Assembly (NCBI GenBank): GCA_017646745.1
Contig: JAGCLY010000080.1
Location: 1 to 52,778, forward strand
DNA length: 52,778 bases
DNA from: Clostridia bacterium
Lineage (GTDB): Bacteria; Bacillota; Clostridia; Oscillospirales; CAG-272
Reading direction: 5' to 3'
Below the pieces are notes generated by a model. That model was not told the origin of the DNA. It saw only the letters and a program-made list of their open reading frames with translations, and searched no databases. Shown one piece after another: positions 1-9,297 of the stretch. The number at the start of each line of letters is the position of its first letter. Positions within the stretch are counted from its first letter, which is position 1. A program made the translations under genes and the position numbers.

Positions 1-2038
1 GTCTTTCGTATATAGCCTGACTTTCGTTATTAACGAAACCGAGACGTCCGCTTGACCTGAATTTATTAGAGCCGATATTCGATGTCATTATAACATAGGT
101 ATTTCGGAAATTGATTTTACGCCCGGTTGCATCTGTAAGAATGCCACTGTCGAATACCTGTAAAAAAAGCGAAAGCACGTCTGGATGAGCTTTTTCTATT
201 TCATCAAGAAGAACTATGGAGTAGGGGTGCTTTCTTAATCGCTCCAGCGCCGAGTTCTGCTCGTCATATCCTACGTATCCGGGTGCCGATCCTATAAGCT
301 TTGATATCGAATAGCTTTCCGCGTATTCCGACATATCATATCGCAAAAGCGAGTCCTCGGTTATAAACAGCTCCTTTGCCAATGCCTTGGCCAGCCCGGT
401 CTTTCCAACACCGCTTTCGCCGAGAAAAAGAAAAATACCCCTCGGTCTATCCGGTGAATTAATACCGGCATAGCTTCTTCCAACTGCGTCAGCTAGGGCA
501 GTAATAGCCCTTTCTTGTCCAAAAATGACAGAGGCCAGCCGTTGCTTTAGCCCCTCGTTATCATTTTGTCCTTTTGAAATATTTATGCCCGTAATCTCCG
601 AAATAACGCTGGCAACAGATTCGTCAGTGACCTTAACACGGCCCAGCTCGCTTGCTTTGGTACTGATCTCAAGGCTTAATTCATCGCTATACAATCGCTC
701 AAGCTCCCTGAGGTTTATTGCCAGCTCAAAATCCTTGCTATTGACGGCCTGCTTCCTCTCGTCGTTAATCTGCCGTATTTTATCCTTGATATTTAAGACT
801 TTATCACTGTCAAATTCTGAATATACACTTGCCAAAGCACAAGCTTCATCCAGTAGATCTATGGCCTTGTCGGGAAGAAATCTGTCTTGTATATACCTTT
901 CCGAAAGTCTGACTGCGGCATCGATTGCAGCATCGGTAATGCTTACCCCGTGATGTGATTCATAGCTATTCTTAAGGCCCTTTAATATCTGTATTGTTCC
1001 GTCAACAGTGGGCTCTTCTACAATTATAGGCTGAAATCTCCGTTCGAGGGCGCTGTCCTTTTCTATAAATTTATGATATTCGGCAAGAGTTGTCGCGCCT
1101 ATAAGCTGAAGAGTCCCTCGTGACAGCTCCGGCTTCATAATATTTGCCGCATCTATTGCGCCTTCTGCCGAGCCTGCGCCAACGATTGTATGAATTTCAT
1201 CGATAAACAGTATTACGGATTTGTTTTTTGCGGCCTCGCCCATAATACTTTTTATACGTTCCTCAAAATCACCTCGATACTTTGCGCCCGCAACCATAGA
1301 GGTAAGGTCAAGAGATATAATTTTTTTGCCTAAAAGAGAAGGGGGGACGCTACCTTTTACTATTCTGCTCGCAAGTCCTTCAACAATAGCTGTTTTACCG
1401 ACTCCTGCTTCTCCGATTAAGCAGGGGTTGTTTTTACTTCTGCGTGATAATATTCTGATAAGCCTGTCGGTTTCTCTTTCTCGTCCTATTACAGGATCCA
1501 GCTCGCCTCGCTCGGCTAGTGCGGTAATATTTTTGCCGTATTTTGTAAGATTTGGAAGCACTGCATCCTCCGCCGGCTCGGCATAGAATACTCCACGCTG
1601 TGAGGATCTTAGAAATGCGGTTAGGCTATCTCTTATGCCAACCATATCTGCCTCGATTTTTGTCAAGATTTTGCCGGAAATGCTTTCTTTTTCTTCAAGA
1701 ATTGCAATCATCAAATGCTCGGTGCCAATTCTCTCAGAGCCGTATTTTCTCATAATTTTATAAGAGCTCTCAATCAGCCTTCTGCATTTTGGAGTTGTGT
1801 CCTTAGAGCTAAGCGTGCTTTTAACACCAACACCTGAGTATTCCTTTACAGCCTTTAAAATAATGTCAAAGGTAACCTTGTGTTTTTTCATTATAATAGA
1901 CGCACAGCAGGTCTGATCCTCTGCCAGGGCTAAAAGCACATGCTCTGTACCAATATAGGTGTGTCCCAGCTCCTCAGCAAGAGAGACAGACCGATTAAGC
2001 GCATTTTCAGCCTTTTGTGTAAAATTATTACTCATCAT
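1..2038 (-). CDS. clpC: ATP-dependent Clp protease ATP-binding subunit ClpC (N-terminal ~679 codons; C-terminus lies beyond the left edge)
   Basis: Minus-strand translation from the ATG at 2036-2038 reads MMSNNFTQKAENALNRSVSLAEELGHTYIGTEHVLLAL (Clp_N repeats). It has Walker A GEAGVGKTAIVEGLA, a short UVR-like linker (KQAVNSKDFELAINLRELE) and a second AAA module (GESGVGKTGLAKALA, LLDEIEKAHPDV). It is absent from the ORF track only because no stop lies inside the window. Confidence 0.9.
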   Translation of the reverse strand, partial: MMSNNFTQKAENALNRSVSLAEELGHTYIGTEHVLLALAEDQTCCASIIMKKHKVTFDIILKAVKEYSGVGVKSTLSSKDTTPKCRRLIESSYKIMRKYGSERIGTEHLMIAILEEKESISGKILTKIEADMVGIRDSLTAFLRSSQRGVFYAEPAEDAVLPNLTKYGKNITALAERGELDPVIGRERETDRLIRILSRRSKNNPCLIGEAGVGKTAIVEGLASRIVKGSVPPSLLGKKIISLDLTSMVAGAKYRGDFEERIKSIMGEAAKNKSVILFIDEIHTIVGAGSAEGAIDAANIMKPELSRGTLQLIGATTLAEYHKFIEKDSALERRFQPIIVEEPTVDGTIQILKGLKNSYESHHGVSITDAAIDAAVRLSERYIQDRFLPDKAIDLLDEACALASVYSEFDSDKVLNIKDKIRQINDERKQAVNSKDFELAINLRELERLYSDELSLEISTKASELGRVKVTDESVASVISEITGINISKGQNDNEGLKQRLASVIFGQERAITALADAVGRSYAGINSPDRPRGIFLFLGESGVGKTGLAKALAKELFITEDSLLRYDMSEYAESYSISKLIGSAPGYVGYDEQNSALERLRKHPYSIVLLDEIEKAHPDVLSLFLQVFDSGILTDATGRKINFRNTYVIMTSNIGSNKFRSSGRLGFVNNESQAIYER

Positions 2039-2097
2039 TAACACTCCTTTAGCAAATTCCTGTTTAATTATTCCCGCACAAGCTGTAAATACGCAAA

Positions 2098-2610
2098 TTA
2101 TGTGAAATTATTTACTCTGTTTATAGAGTCTTGGTCCGAAATCATTTTTAAATAGAAAATTTCGTCTATAAAATCTTCATCCGACAAAAGATATATTCCT
2201 CTGAGTATTTTTACAGCCTTTGAAGTTTGATCGGAGTAAAAATTGCTTTCCCTTATTGAATGGGTATGTCCGTAATAATCTAAAATTCCGGCAAGAGTCC
2301 GGTTAATTGATACCAAGGCTGAATTAAATTGCCCGGGATACAATGGAAATTTAATAAAAGATCCTACGGTCTCGTTCAGATCCGAAATATCATTGTTTAT
2401 CCTGTACCTTTCGTAAAGCAGAGTAAAGGTCTCATAGTCTACAACTCCGCTGGGATTAATCCCGATTTGCTTTTGAAAGGCTATAACGGCCAGCCTTGTG
2501 TTTTCGTCATAAACGCCTGTTGGAGCGACAAAAATATTGGCATCTAATGCCTTTGACAAATATATTTGCACCTGACGTATAGCTTCTTCCTTATCATATA
2601 CTCTGTACAT
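2098..2610 (-). CDS. Hypothetical protein with a peptidoglycan-binding-like segment
   Basis: 170-aa ORF with RBS GAGAGGGA. The segment TRLAVIAFQKQIGINPSGVVDYETFTLL resembles the PG_binding_1 repeats of the upstream SleC-like gene. An 11-nt gap to that gene suggests co-transcription. Confidence 0.55.
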   Translation of the reverse strand: MYRVYDKEEAIRQVQIYLSKALDANIFVAPTGVYDENTRLAVIAFQKQIGINPSGVVDYETFTLLYERYRINNDISDLNETVGSFIKFPLYPGQFNSALVSINRTLAGILDYYGHTHSIRESNFYSDQTSKAVKILRGIYLLSDEDFIDEIFYLKMISDQDSINRVNNFT

Positions 2611-2621
2611 TCGATCCCTCT

Positions 2622-4016
2622 CTACGATATATTATTTCCGGGAAACTGTCCTTCGTTTACCGATCCGCCGGTGTACAAATCGTCATAAACGCTGGCTATG
2701 GCATTCCATATCGGAGCGTTGACACGACCGGATTCTCCGGGAAGATCAAATATTACCTTAAAAATTCGCACCTGCTCAGCGGTTTGGGGGCCGAAGACTC
2801 CGTCAACGTTAGTCCTTGGGATTTCTGTGTATGTATTTGATATATAATTCAAATATTCCTGTAATACCCGAACGTCATTTCCTTCAATCCCCTCGCGAAG
2901 AACACGGCCGGGAAAGGGAAGTATTCTGCCACCGTAAAATTCATAATCGATCTCTGATACTATTTCGTAATACACGTTTTCCATTCTATCCCAGGTTGCT
3001 CTGTCTACAATACCGTTTTCGGGCAGACCGTATGTGCGCTGAAAGGATTTTACTGCGTTTGTTGTCGCGGGACCAAAGGTGCCGTCCATGGCGGCCTCAA
3101 TAACGCTAGGAACAAAAAGGGCAATGTAGCTCAGATAATACTGTATCGTCAGCACTCCGTCACCGGTCGAGCCCTCCTGCAGAGTATCGGTGTACCTGGT
3201 CTGAACATCGGTTATGCGTATTCCTTCGGAATTCACTGTATAAAGCTTTTTAACCGCATTATATACAAACTGTATTTGATTCCATGTGGCTCTGCCAACA
3301 AGGCCGTCCTGTTCCAGGCCGAATACCTCCTGAAATTTTCTTACCGCATCAGTGGTCGATGGTCCGAAAAATCCATCAGCGGGGTAGATTTTTGGTATTC
3401 CGGGGTAATTTGCAGATATTCTGTTAAGCTTTCTTTGTATAAGCTCCACGTCACGGCCGGTATCCCCCTCTCGCAGTGTAACCGGCGGAGCGCTTGAGGG
3501 AATGTTTTGCACTGGCACATTTTCCTCCAAAACTATATTGTTGCCGTAATAATTCTGTAATATAGAAAAATAATCTCGCCCCTGGTTTGCAAGCTCAACG
3601 CTGCCCCATTGAGACAGTCCGTCACAGCTTACCTCAACGCCGTCACAAAAGGTGGCAAAAAGCGGCTCTATATATTCCTGTCTGCGAATATAGCTGTCAA
3701 ATATCTCGTCAACAAGCTCGGAGATATTGCCGAAAATGTCACGGCCGTATACAAAGGTCTGGTCATAAGCCGGGGAGCTTGTAATGTCGAAATTATAGCC
3801 TCTGCTTCGGTAAAATTCTGTATAAACACGATTAAGCGCAACAGAGATCTGAGCCAATATATTTGCTCTGAGCGCCGCCTGTGGCCAGGATGGGAATATC
3901 TCGCTGGACGCCACGTTTTTTATATAATCCGCAAAGCTTAATGAAACGTTCATAGCATCCGAATCAGGTGCACCGAGATGGACGACGATCTGTTCGGGTA
4001 TTGTTGGGTTTGGCAT
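2622..4016 (-). CDS. SleC-like spore cortex-lytic enzyme / peptidoglycan-binding protein
   Basis: 464 aa with RBS GGGAGG. The N-terminal block IPEQIVVHLGAPDSDAMNVSLSFADYIKNVASSEIFPSWPQAALRANILAQISVALNRVYTEFYRSRGYNFDITSS is typical of clostridial SleC (SpoIID/LytB-like fold). Three PG_binding_1-type repeats follow (GDTGRDVELIQRKLN..GFFGPSTTDAVRKFQ, GSTGDGVLTIQYYLS..GTFGPATTNAVKSFQ, GIEGNDVRVLQEYLN..GVFGPQTAEQVRIFK). The stop codon is TAG. Confidence 0.7.
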   Translation of the reverse strand: MPNPTIPEQIVVHLGAPDSDAMNVSLSFADYIKNVASSEIFPSWPQAALRANILAQISVALNRVYTEFYRSRGYNFDITSSPAYDQTFVYGRDIFGNISELVDEIFDSYIRRQEYIEPLFATFCDGVEVSCDGLSQWGSVELANQGRDYFSILQNYYGNNIVLEENVPVQNIPSSAPPVTLREGDTGRDVELIQRKLNRISANYPGIPKIYPADGFFGPSTTDAVRKFQEVFGLEQDGLVGRATWNQIQFVYNAVKKLYTVNSEGIRITDVQTRYTDTLQEGSTGDGVLTIQYYLSYIALFVPSVIEAAMDGTFGPATTNAVKSFQRTYGLPENGIVDRATWDRMENVYYEIVSEIDYEFYGGRILPFPGRVLREGIEGNDVRVLQEYLNYISNTYTEIPRTNVDGVFGPQTAEQVRIFKVIFDLPGESGRVNAPIWNAIASVYDDLYTGGSVNEGQFPGNNIS

Positions 4017-4027
4017 GCTTTCCTCCC

Positions 4028-4432
4028 TTACTGTAAATCTTGATTTTCGGGAATAATGTAATTTATATTACCCCTAGGATAATCCTGTATCACATTTCCC
4101 GATCCGGGGATCATATCTATTAGCTGTATGGAATTAATTCCCGAGAAAACTGTCAGCCCCCGAATGCGCTTTGTTAAATATCCCCTCTTACTTATTTCAA
4201 TGTCATATACAGAGTAGGGGAGCTCGGCGGGGCTTGGTGTAAGCGAATACTCAACCGGTGGGGCGGGAAGCATGAATCTGTCGCTTAGTCCGTCTCGGTC
4301 GGTAAGGCTTGAAAAGGAAACAAGTCGGTTATCCTCTCCTGCGCCCAGTACACGTACTACAGCCCCTTCAACCGGCAGAGCGCCCCCGGCCGTATATGCC
4401 CTTACCCTTAGTGTTCCGTATGAATCCGGCAT
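4028..4432 (-). CDS. Hypothetical protein, possibly a carboxypeptidase-regulatory-like beta-sandwich fold; first gene of the SleC-like trio
   Basis: The ORF track starts at 4447, but that ATG sits inside the GGAGG RBS that serves the ATG at 4430-4432 (MPDSYGTLRVRAYTAGGALPVEGAVVRVLG...). An 11-nt gap separates it from the SleC-like gene. Confidence 0.5.
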   Translation of the reverse strand: MPDSYGTLRVRAYTAGGALPVEGAVVRVLGAGEDNRLVSFSSLTDRDGLSDRFMLPAPPVEYSLTPSPAELPYSVYDIEISKRGYLTKRIRGLTVFSGINSIQLIDMIPGSGNVIQDYPRGNINYIIPENQDLQ

Positions 4433-4476
4433 AATTTTATCCTCCAAAACATATATTTTTAATTTATAATAAAATA

Positions 4477-4505
4477 TTGACTTTTGACGAATTATGTTTT
4501 ATAAT
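4477..4505 (+). promoter_or_regulatory. Sigma-A-type promoter for prs
   Basis: TTGACT (4477-4482), 17-nt spacer, TATAAT (4500-4505). Confidence 0.6.
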
Positions 4506-4567
4506 GTATGTGTCAAAAGATGTACATAATCTTTTGATACCAAATAAAATATTTCTTGGAGCGAAAA

Positions 4568-5683
4568 ATGAAGGATACTTTATACGGAGAACTTAGTGTA
4601 ATTGGCATGCATGGCTGTGAGGATTTCGCCTCTCAGGTTGATTATTATCTTAAGGAATGGCGTCATCACGACAGCGACGGAAGCTTTCTTGTTGATGCGC
4701 ACTGCCCCAGATTTGGCAGCGGCGAGGGAAAGGGAACTATCCAGCAATCTCTTCGCGGTAACGACGTTTATATCATTTGCGACGTATTTAATCATGGCGT
4801 AACCTATGATATGTACGGTATGACCGTTCCTATGAGTCCCGATGATCATTTCCAGGATCTTAAGAGAACCATTGGCGCTATCGGCGGTAAGGCACGCAGA
4901 ATCAGCGTAATTATGCCCATGCTTTACGAGGGCAGACAGCACAAGAGAAGCGGCAGAGAATCGCTTGACTGCGCTCTTGCACTTCAGGAATTGGTTAGAA
5001 TGGGTGTTACCAATCTTATCACCTTTGATGCCCACGATCCCCGTGTACAGAATGCTATTCCTCTCCACGGCTTTGAGGACGTTCGCTCCAGTTATCAGAT
5101 GATAAAGGCTATGCTGCACAGATATCCCGATATCGAGATTGATCCTGATAACACTATGATCATTTCTCCCGACGAGGGTGGCATGACAAAGTGCATGTAT
5201 TATTCCTCGGTTATGGGCATTGACCTCGGTATGTTCTATAAGCGCCGTGATTATTCTGTAATCATTAACGGCAAGAATCCTATCGTTGCTCACGAATATC
5301 TTGGCAGAGATGTTAAGGGTAAGGATGTTATTATCGTTGACGATATGATCTCCTCTGGCGACTCTGTTATCGACGTTGGTAAGCAGCTTAAGGCAAAAGG
5401 CGCTAAGCGTATCTTCGTATTCGCAACCTTCGGTCTGTTCTGTAACGGTCTCGATAACCTTGATGCTGCTAATGAAGAAGGTATTATTGATCAGATCTTT
5501 ACTACAAATCTTGTTTACAGGACTCCCGAGCTTCTTGAAAGAAAATGGTACACCGAGGTTAATATGTGCAAGTATGTTGCATACATTATTGATACTCTTA
5601 ACCACGACAGAACAATCAGCCATCTTCTTAATCAGTCCAAGAAGATTCACAATATTCTTGATAAGCACAAGAAAAATCAGTAA
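4568..5683 (+). CDS. prs: Ribose-phosphate pyrophosphokinase (long-form PRPP synthetase homologue)
   Basis: GGAG RBS lies 6 nt before the ATG at 4568. Motifs seen: PRPP-binding loop VIIVDDMISSGDSV, plus VIMPMLYEGRQHKR and ITFDAHD. At 371 aa it is longer than the canonical ~315 aa. Confidence 0.85.
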   Translation: MKDTLYGELSVIGMHGCEDFASQVDYYLKEWRHHDSDGSFLVDAHCPRFGSGEGKGTIQQSLRGNDVYIICDVFNHGVTYDMYGMTVPMSPDDHFQDLKRTIGAIGGKARRISVIMPMLYEGRQHKRSGRESLDCALALQELVRMGVTNLITFDAHDPRVQNAIPLHGFEDVRSSYQMIKAMLHRYPDIEIDPDNTMIISPDEGGMTKCMYYSSVMGIDLGMFYKRRDYSVIINGKNPIVAHEYLGRDVKGKDVIIVDDMISSGDSVIDVGKQLKAKGAKRIFVFATFGLFCNGLDNLDAANEEGIIDQIFTTNLVYRTPELLERKWYTEVNMCKYVAYIIDTLNHDRTISHLLNQSKKIHNILDKHKKNQ

Positions 5684-5698
5684 TTAATATATGAATTC

Positions 5699-5727
5699 GG
5701 AGCGTTGCCCGGTGCGATGCTCCTTTT
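5699..5727 (+). terminator. Weak intrinsic terminator after prs
   Basis: GGAGC...GCTCC stem followed by only TTTT. Confidence 0.35.
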
Positions 5728-5751
5728 CATAGCCAAATGGAAGGAAATAAA

Positions 5752-6171
5752 ATGAGAATTACTCTTGAAAGCGACTACGCTTTAAGAATTCTTACCGCCA
5801 TGGCGGAATATAAGGACGTTACAGATGCTAAGACCATAGCAAATGATACGTCGGTTACCATCAGATTCGCTCTTAAGATTCTGCATAAGCTTGTGCAGGG
5901 CGACCTTGTTCAGTCATACAAGGGTGTGAACGGCGGATATATGCTTAGAATGAGCCCTGATGAAATTACATTGAAAAGGGTTATAGAGCTTATTGACGGT
6001 CCCATAGCCATTGCCAGATGTCTTGACTCCGGCGAGGGCTGTTCGCTTAACTGTGACAAATCTGCCTGCGATTATCATCACATTTTTGATATAATAAGCA
6101 TTGATCTTGCAAATAAGCTGAATAAAATTACTATTAAAGACGTTATTAATAAAAACTATCATTTAACATAA
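5752..6171 (+). CDS. Rrf2-family transcriptional regulator (Cys-cluster type)
   Basis: MRITLESDYALRILTAMA... is a winged-HTH Rrf2 N-terminus. The C-terminal Cys cluster is CLDSGEGCSLNCDKSAC. RBS is GGAAGGAAA. Confidence 0.85.
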   Translation: MRITLESDYALRILTAMAEYKDVTDAKTIANDTSVTIRFALKILHKLVQGDLVQSYKGVNGGYMLRMSPDEITLKRVIELIDGPIAIARCLDSGEGCSLNCDKSACDYHHIFDIISIDLANKLNKITIKDVINKNYHLT

Positions 6172-6181
6172 GGAGAGTAGT

Positions 6182-7177
6182 ATGTATACCTCTAAAATCT
6201 CTTTCCCGGGACTTGGCATAGACGAATTTCTTGTTAAAAACGTAGCTTTCACCATCCCCGGCGTTGATCTGCCCATAATGTGGTATGCGCTTATCATTAC
6301 CTTTGGTATGATATGCTGTATCTTTTACGTTGTGATGCAGGCTAAAAAAATCGGCATAACATTGGACGACGTTATCGACTATGCGCTCTTTACAATTCCT
6401 ATCGGTGTTATCGGCGCAAGATTGTATTATGTTATTTTCGATAATGAGCACACTTATGAAACAATCATTGACGTATTTAATATCCGTCAGGGCGGACTCG
6501 CTATTTACGGCGGTATTATTGCGGGTACTCTTACCGTTGTTGCGGTTTCTTATTTTAAGAAGATTAATTTCTTTGCCTTCGGTGACTGTGTTGCTCCCGG
6601 TGTTCTTCTGGCGCAGGGCATTGGCAGATGGGGCAACTTCATGAACGGCGAGGCATTCGGCAGCGAAACCACATCCTTTATCCGAATGGGCCTTCAGAAC
6701 TTTAATACCTATGGCAAGCTTATCTATGTTCATCCCACATTCCTGTATGAATCGCTTTGGAATCTTACAGGTGTGCTTCTCGTATATCTTTATGCGAAGC
6801 TTATTCATAAGAAATATGACGGGCAGCTTATTTTGCTTACCTTCGGCTGGTATGGTCTTGGCAGAATGTTTATCGAGGGACTTCGTACAGACAGCCTTTA
6901 CATTGGTAATACCGATATCAGAGTTTCCCAGGCGCTCGCAGGTCTTATATTCTTCACATTCCTCGGCATGCTTATTTTCTTCCATTTCAAGAAGCCAAAG
7001 AAGGCGCTTTATAACAAGCCCGCACCAGCTCAGGGTGAGGAGAAAAAGTCCGATGTGACATTCGCTAAGATTCTTGATAAAATTAAGGGTGTTTTCGCTT
7101 CTAAGAAGGTTGAAAAAAATATCGAGGATTTGGAAGACAGAAACATAGAAGAACAGAACGACGAAGAAAATCAGTAA
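6182..7177 (+). CDS. lgt: Prolipoprotein diacylglyceryl transferase
   Basis: GGLAIYGGIIAG and GRWGNFMNGEAFG motifs in a polytopic membrane profile, plus a charged ~70-aa C-terminal tail. Confidence 0.9.
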   Translation: MYTSKISFPGLGIDEFLVKNVAFTIPGVDLPIMWYALIITFGMICCIFYVVMQAKKIGITLDDVIDYALFTIPIGVIGARLYYVIFDNEHTYETIIDVFNIRQGGLAIYGGIIAGTLTVVAVSYFKKINFFAFGDCVAPGVLLAQGIGRWGNFMNGEAFGSETTSFIRMGLQNFNTYGKLIYVHPTFLYESLWNLTGVLLVYLYAKLIHKKYDGQLILLTFGWYGLGRMFIEGLRTDSLYIGNTDIRVSQALAGLIFFTFLGMLIFFHFKKPKKALYNKPAPAQGEEKKSDVTFAKILDKIKGVFASKKVEKNIEDLEDRNIEEQNDEENQ

Positions 7178-7183
7178 TAAACC

Positions 7184-8044
7184 ATGGCAGAAATCATAAA
7201 TGGTAAAATTGTTTCCGAAAAGATACGTGCTGACATAAGGTGTGAGGTTCAGAAGCTTAAAGCCACTGCCGGCATAATTCCCGGTCTTGCTGTAATTGTT
7301 GTTGGCGGCGATCCCGCTTCCGCGGTTTACGTTAGAAACAAGCACAAAGCCTGCCTTGACGTTGGCATTGAATCCTATCAGATTCAGTATCCGGATGGTA
7401 TCAGCGAAGAGGAGTTGCTTCGAAAAATTGATGAGCTTAACCTTGATGACAGGGTTAACGGCATTTTAGTTCAGCTTCCTTTGCCAGATAATATTTCTGA
7501 AAAGCGTGTTATAGAAAGAATCTCACCCGAGAAGGACGTTGATGCCTTCCATCCCATAAACGTCGGTAGGATCACCGTCGGTAACTACGATTTTCTTCCT
7601 TGCACTCCTGCAGGAATAATCTCGCTTTTGGATTATTATGGAATTGAAATTTGCGGCAAAAGATGCGTTGTAATCGGCAGAAGTAATATTGTTGGCAAGC
7701 CGATGGCCTTGCTTATGACAGAGCGCAATGCTACCGTAACCCTTTGTCACTCGAGAACACTAAATCTTGATGCTATATGTAGAGAGGCTGATATAATCAT
7801 CGTTGCTATCGGTAAGGCTGAGTTCCTTAGGGCTGATATGGTCAAGGATGGCGCCGTAGTAATTGATGTTGGAATCAACCGTATGGAAAACGGTAAGCTG
7901 GTTGGCGACGTGGCATTTGACGAGGTGTCTGCAAAGGCATCTATGATCACTCCCGTGCCCGGCGGTGTAGGTCCGATGACTATTACAACTTTGCTCAAGA
8001 ACACACTTTTAGCGGCAAAATTACATATTATGGGTCATATTTGA
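7184..8044 (+). CDS. folD: Bifunctional methylenetetrahydrofolate dehydrogenase/cyclohydrolase
   Basis: MAEIINGKIVSEKIR..., PGLAVIVVGGDPAS.VYVRNK, GILVQLPLP, GRSNIVGKPMALLM and PVPGGVGPMTI. Confidence 0.95.
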   Translation: MAEIINGKIVSEKIRADIRCEVQKLKATAGIIPGLAVIVVGGDPASAVYVRNKHKACLDVGIESYQIQYPDGISEEELLRKIDELNLDDRVNGILVQLPLPDNISEKRVIERISPEKDVDAFHPINVGRITVGNYDFLPCTPAGIISLLDYYGIEICGKRCVVIGRSNIVGKPMALLMTERNATVTLCHSRTLNLDAICREADIIIVAIGKAEFLRADMVKDGAVVIDVGINRMENGKLVGDVAFDEVSAKASMITPVPGGVGPMTITTLLKNTLLAAKLHIMGHI

Positions 8045-8073
8045 ATTTTTTAAAACTTTTTTAAGAATTAGTC

Positions 8074-8102
8074 TTGACAAAAGTGTTAAAATGGATTATA
8101 AT
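8074..8102 (+). promoter_or_regulatory. Consensus sigma-A promoter for rpsU
   Basis: TTGACA (8074-8079), 17-nt spacer, TATAAT (8097-8102). Confidence 0.7.
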
Positions 8103-8161
8103 AATCAAGTAAAAAATTTTGAGATTTTATCTCTTTGCAAAGCGAAGGGAGGGGAATTAAG

Positions 8162-8338
8162 ATGGCAGAAATCAGAGTTAAAGAAAATGAGACTCTCGAC
8201 AACGCGCTTCGTCGTTTCAAGAGACAGTGCGTTAAGTCCGGTATCATGACCGAGCTTCGTAAGAGAGAGCACTATGAGAAGCCCAGCGTTAAGCGCAAGA
8301 AGAAGGCTGAGGCTGCAAGAAAGCGCAAGTATAAGTAA
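8162..8338 (+). CDS. rpsU: 30S ribosomal protein S21
   Basis: [69 protein letters not shown] precedes the ATG at 8162. Confidence 0.95.
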   Translation: MAEIRVKENETLDNALRRFKRQCVKSGIMTELRKREHYEKPSVKRKKKAEAARKRKYK

Positions 8339-8355
8339 TTTAATATTTGCTAAGC

Positions 8356-8387
8356 GGACTGTTACTTAGGTAGCAGTCCCTTTTTTT
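8356..8387 (+). terminator. Intrinsic terminator after rpsU
   Basis: 10-bp stem GGACTGTTAC/GTAGCAGTCC (one G-U pair), TTAG loop, then a T7 run. Confidence 0.8.
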
Positions 8388-8435
8388 ACCTTTAATATTT
8401 GTATCAATAGTTCAAATGATATAGATGAGGTAATT

Positions 8436-9215
8436 ATGAAAAAGAAAATATTGATTTCAGCTTTATGCTATTTTTTAATTTGCTCATTAATTATAATGAG
8501 CGTCTATGCAGCGCCATCTGACAGCCTGCATTGGTTTATTAAACGAAACAAGGGTGGTATCCCCTTATTTCCACCCGAGGCAGATCAGGTCAGCGAATAT
8601 AACGGCTATTTTATCGACAGCAGGGTTACCGAGGAAAGCAAAAGGATATATCTTACCTTTGATGCGGGATATGAGAACGGTAACGTGGAAAAGATTTTGA
8701 ATGCCTTGAAGGAGGAAAATGTTCCTGCGGCCTTCTTTCTGCTCGACAACATTATATTAAAAAACACTGATTTGGTTCTACGTATGGCCGATGAGGGACA
8801 TCTGGTATGTAATCATACGAAGAACCATAAGAATCTATGCCGGTCCGCCAAGGATGAGATTGAAAGAAATCTGACTGCCCTTGAAAAAATATATGAGGAA
8901 AAGACAGGCAGGCAGATGTCGCCATATTTCCGTTTTCCTGAGGGGGCGTACAGCATGGATGCCTTGAAATGCGTAAACGATCTGGGCTACAAAACCATAT
9001 TCTGGAGCTTTGCCTACGATGATTGGGATGAGGGACGACAAAGCTCGCCGGAGAAAGCCCTTAAAAAGGTTATCGAAAACACTCATAACGGAGCAGTTAT
9101 GCTTTTCCACCCAACGTCTAGCACAAATGCAGAAATATTCCCACGGCTTATAAAGGAATGGAAGGCTATGGGATATAGCTTTGGCACACTCGACGAGCTA
9201 ACGCTTCAAAATTAA
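8436..9215 (+). CDS. pdaA: Polysaccharide deacetylase, PdaA-like (delta-lactam-biosynthetic de-N-acetylase)
   Basis: Signal/TM N-terminus. IYLTFDAGYENGN, VPAAFFL, EGHLVCNHTKNHKNL, YFRFPEGAYS and GAVMLFHP are colinear with B. subtilis PdaA. Confidence 0.7.
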   Translation: MKKKILISALCYFLICSLIIMSVYAAPSDSLHWFIKRNKGGIPLFPPEADQVSEYNGYFIDSRVTEESKRIYLTFDAGYENGNVEKILNALKEENVPAAFFLLDNIILKNTDLVLRMADEGHLVCNHTKNHKNLCRSAKDEIERNLTALEKIYEEKTGRQMSPYFRFPEGAYSMDALKCVNDLGYKTIFWSFAYDDWDEGRQSSPEKALKKVIENTHNGAVMLFHPTSSTNAEIFPRLIKEWKAMGYSFGTLDELTLQN

Positions 9216-9218
9216 TTC

Positions 9219-9243
9219 AGGACGGCAAACGCCGTCCTTTTTT
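9219..9243 (+). terminator. Intrinsic terminator after the pdaA-like gene
   Basis: AGGACGGC-AAAC-GCCGTCCT stem-loop followed by a T run. Confidence 0.8.
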
Positions 9244-9297
9244 CATATATTCCGATCCTCGCTAATATACTTTACTACATTAATATCGGAGGTTTAT

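Noticed and set aside
525-1755. Plus-strand ORFs of 142, 121 and 67 aa at the left edge.
   Set aside because: These are Ser/Leu-rich antisense translations of clpC. The minus strand encodes a continuous ClpC with both AAA modules.
8400-8423. TGTATCA-N10-TGATATA upstream of the pdaA-like gene. It looks like a split copy of the crp-operon palindrome TGTATCAAATGATACA.
   Set aside because: One half-site is imperfect, and the spacing (10 nt versus 2 nt) is incompatible with the same dimer geometry. It is probably a chance match in AT-rich intergenic DNA.
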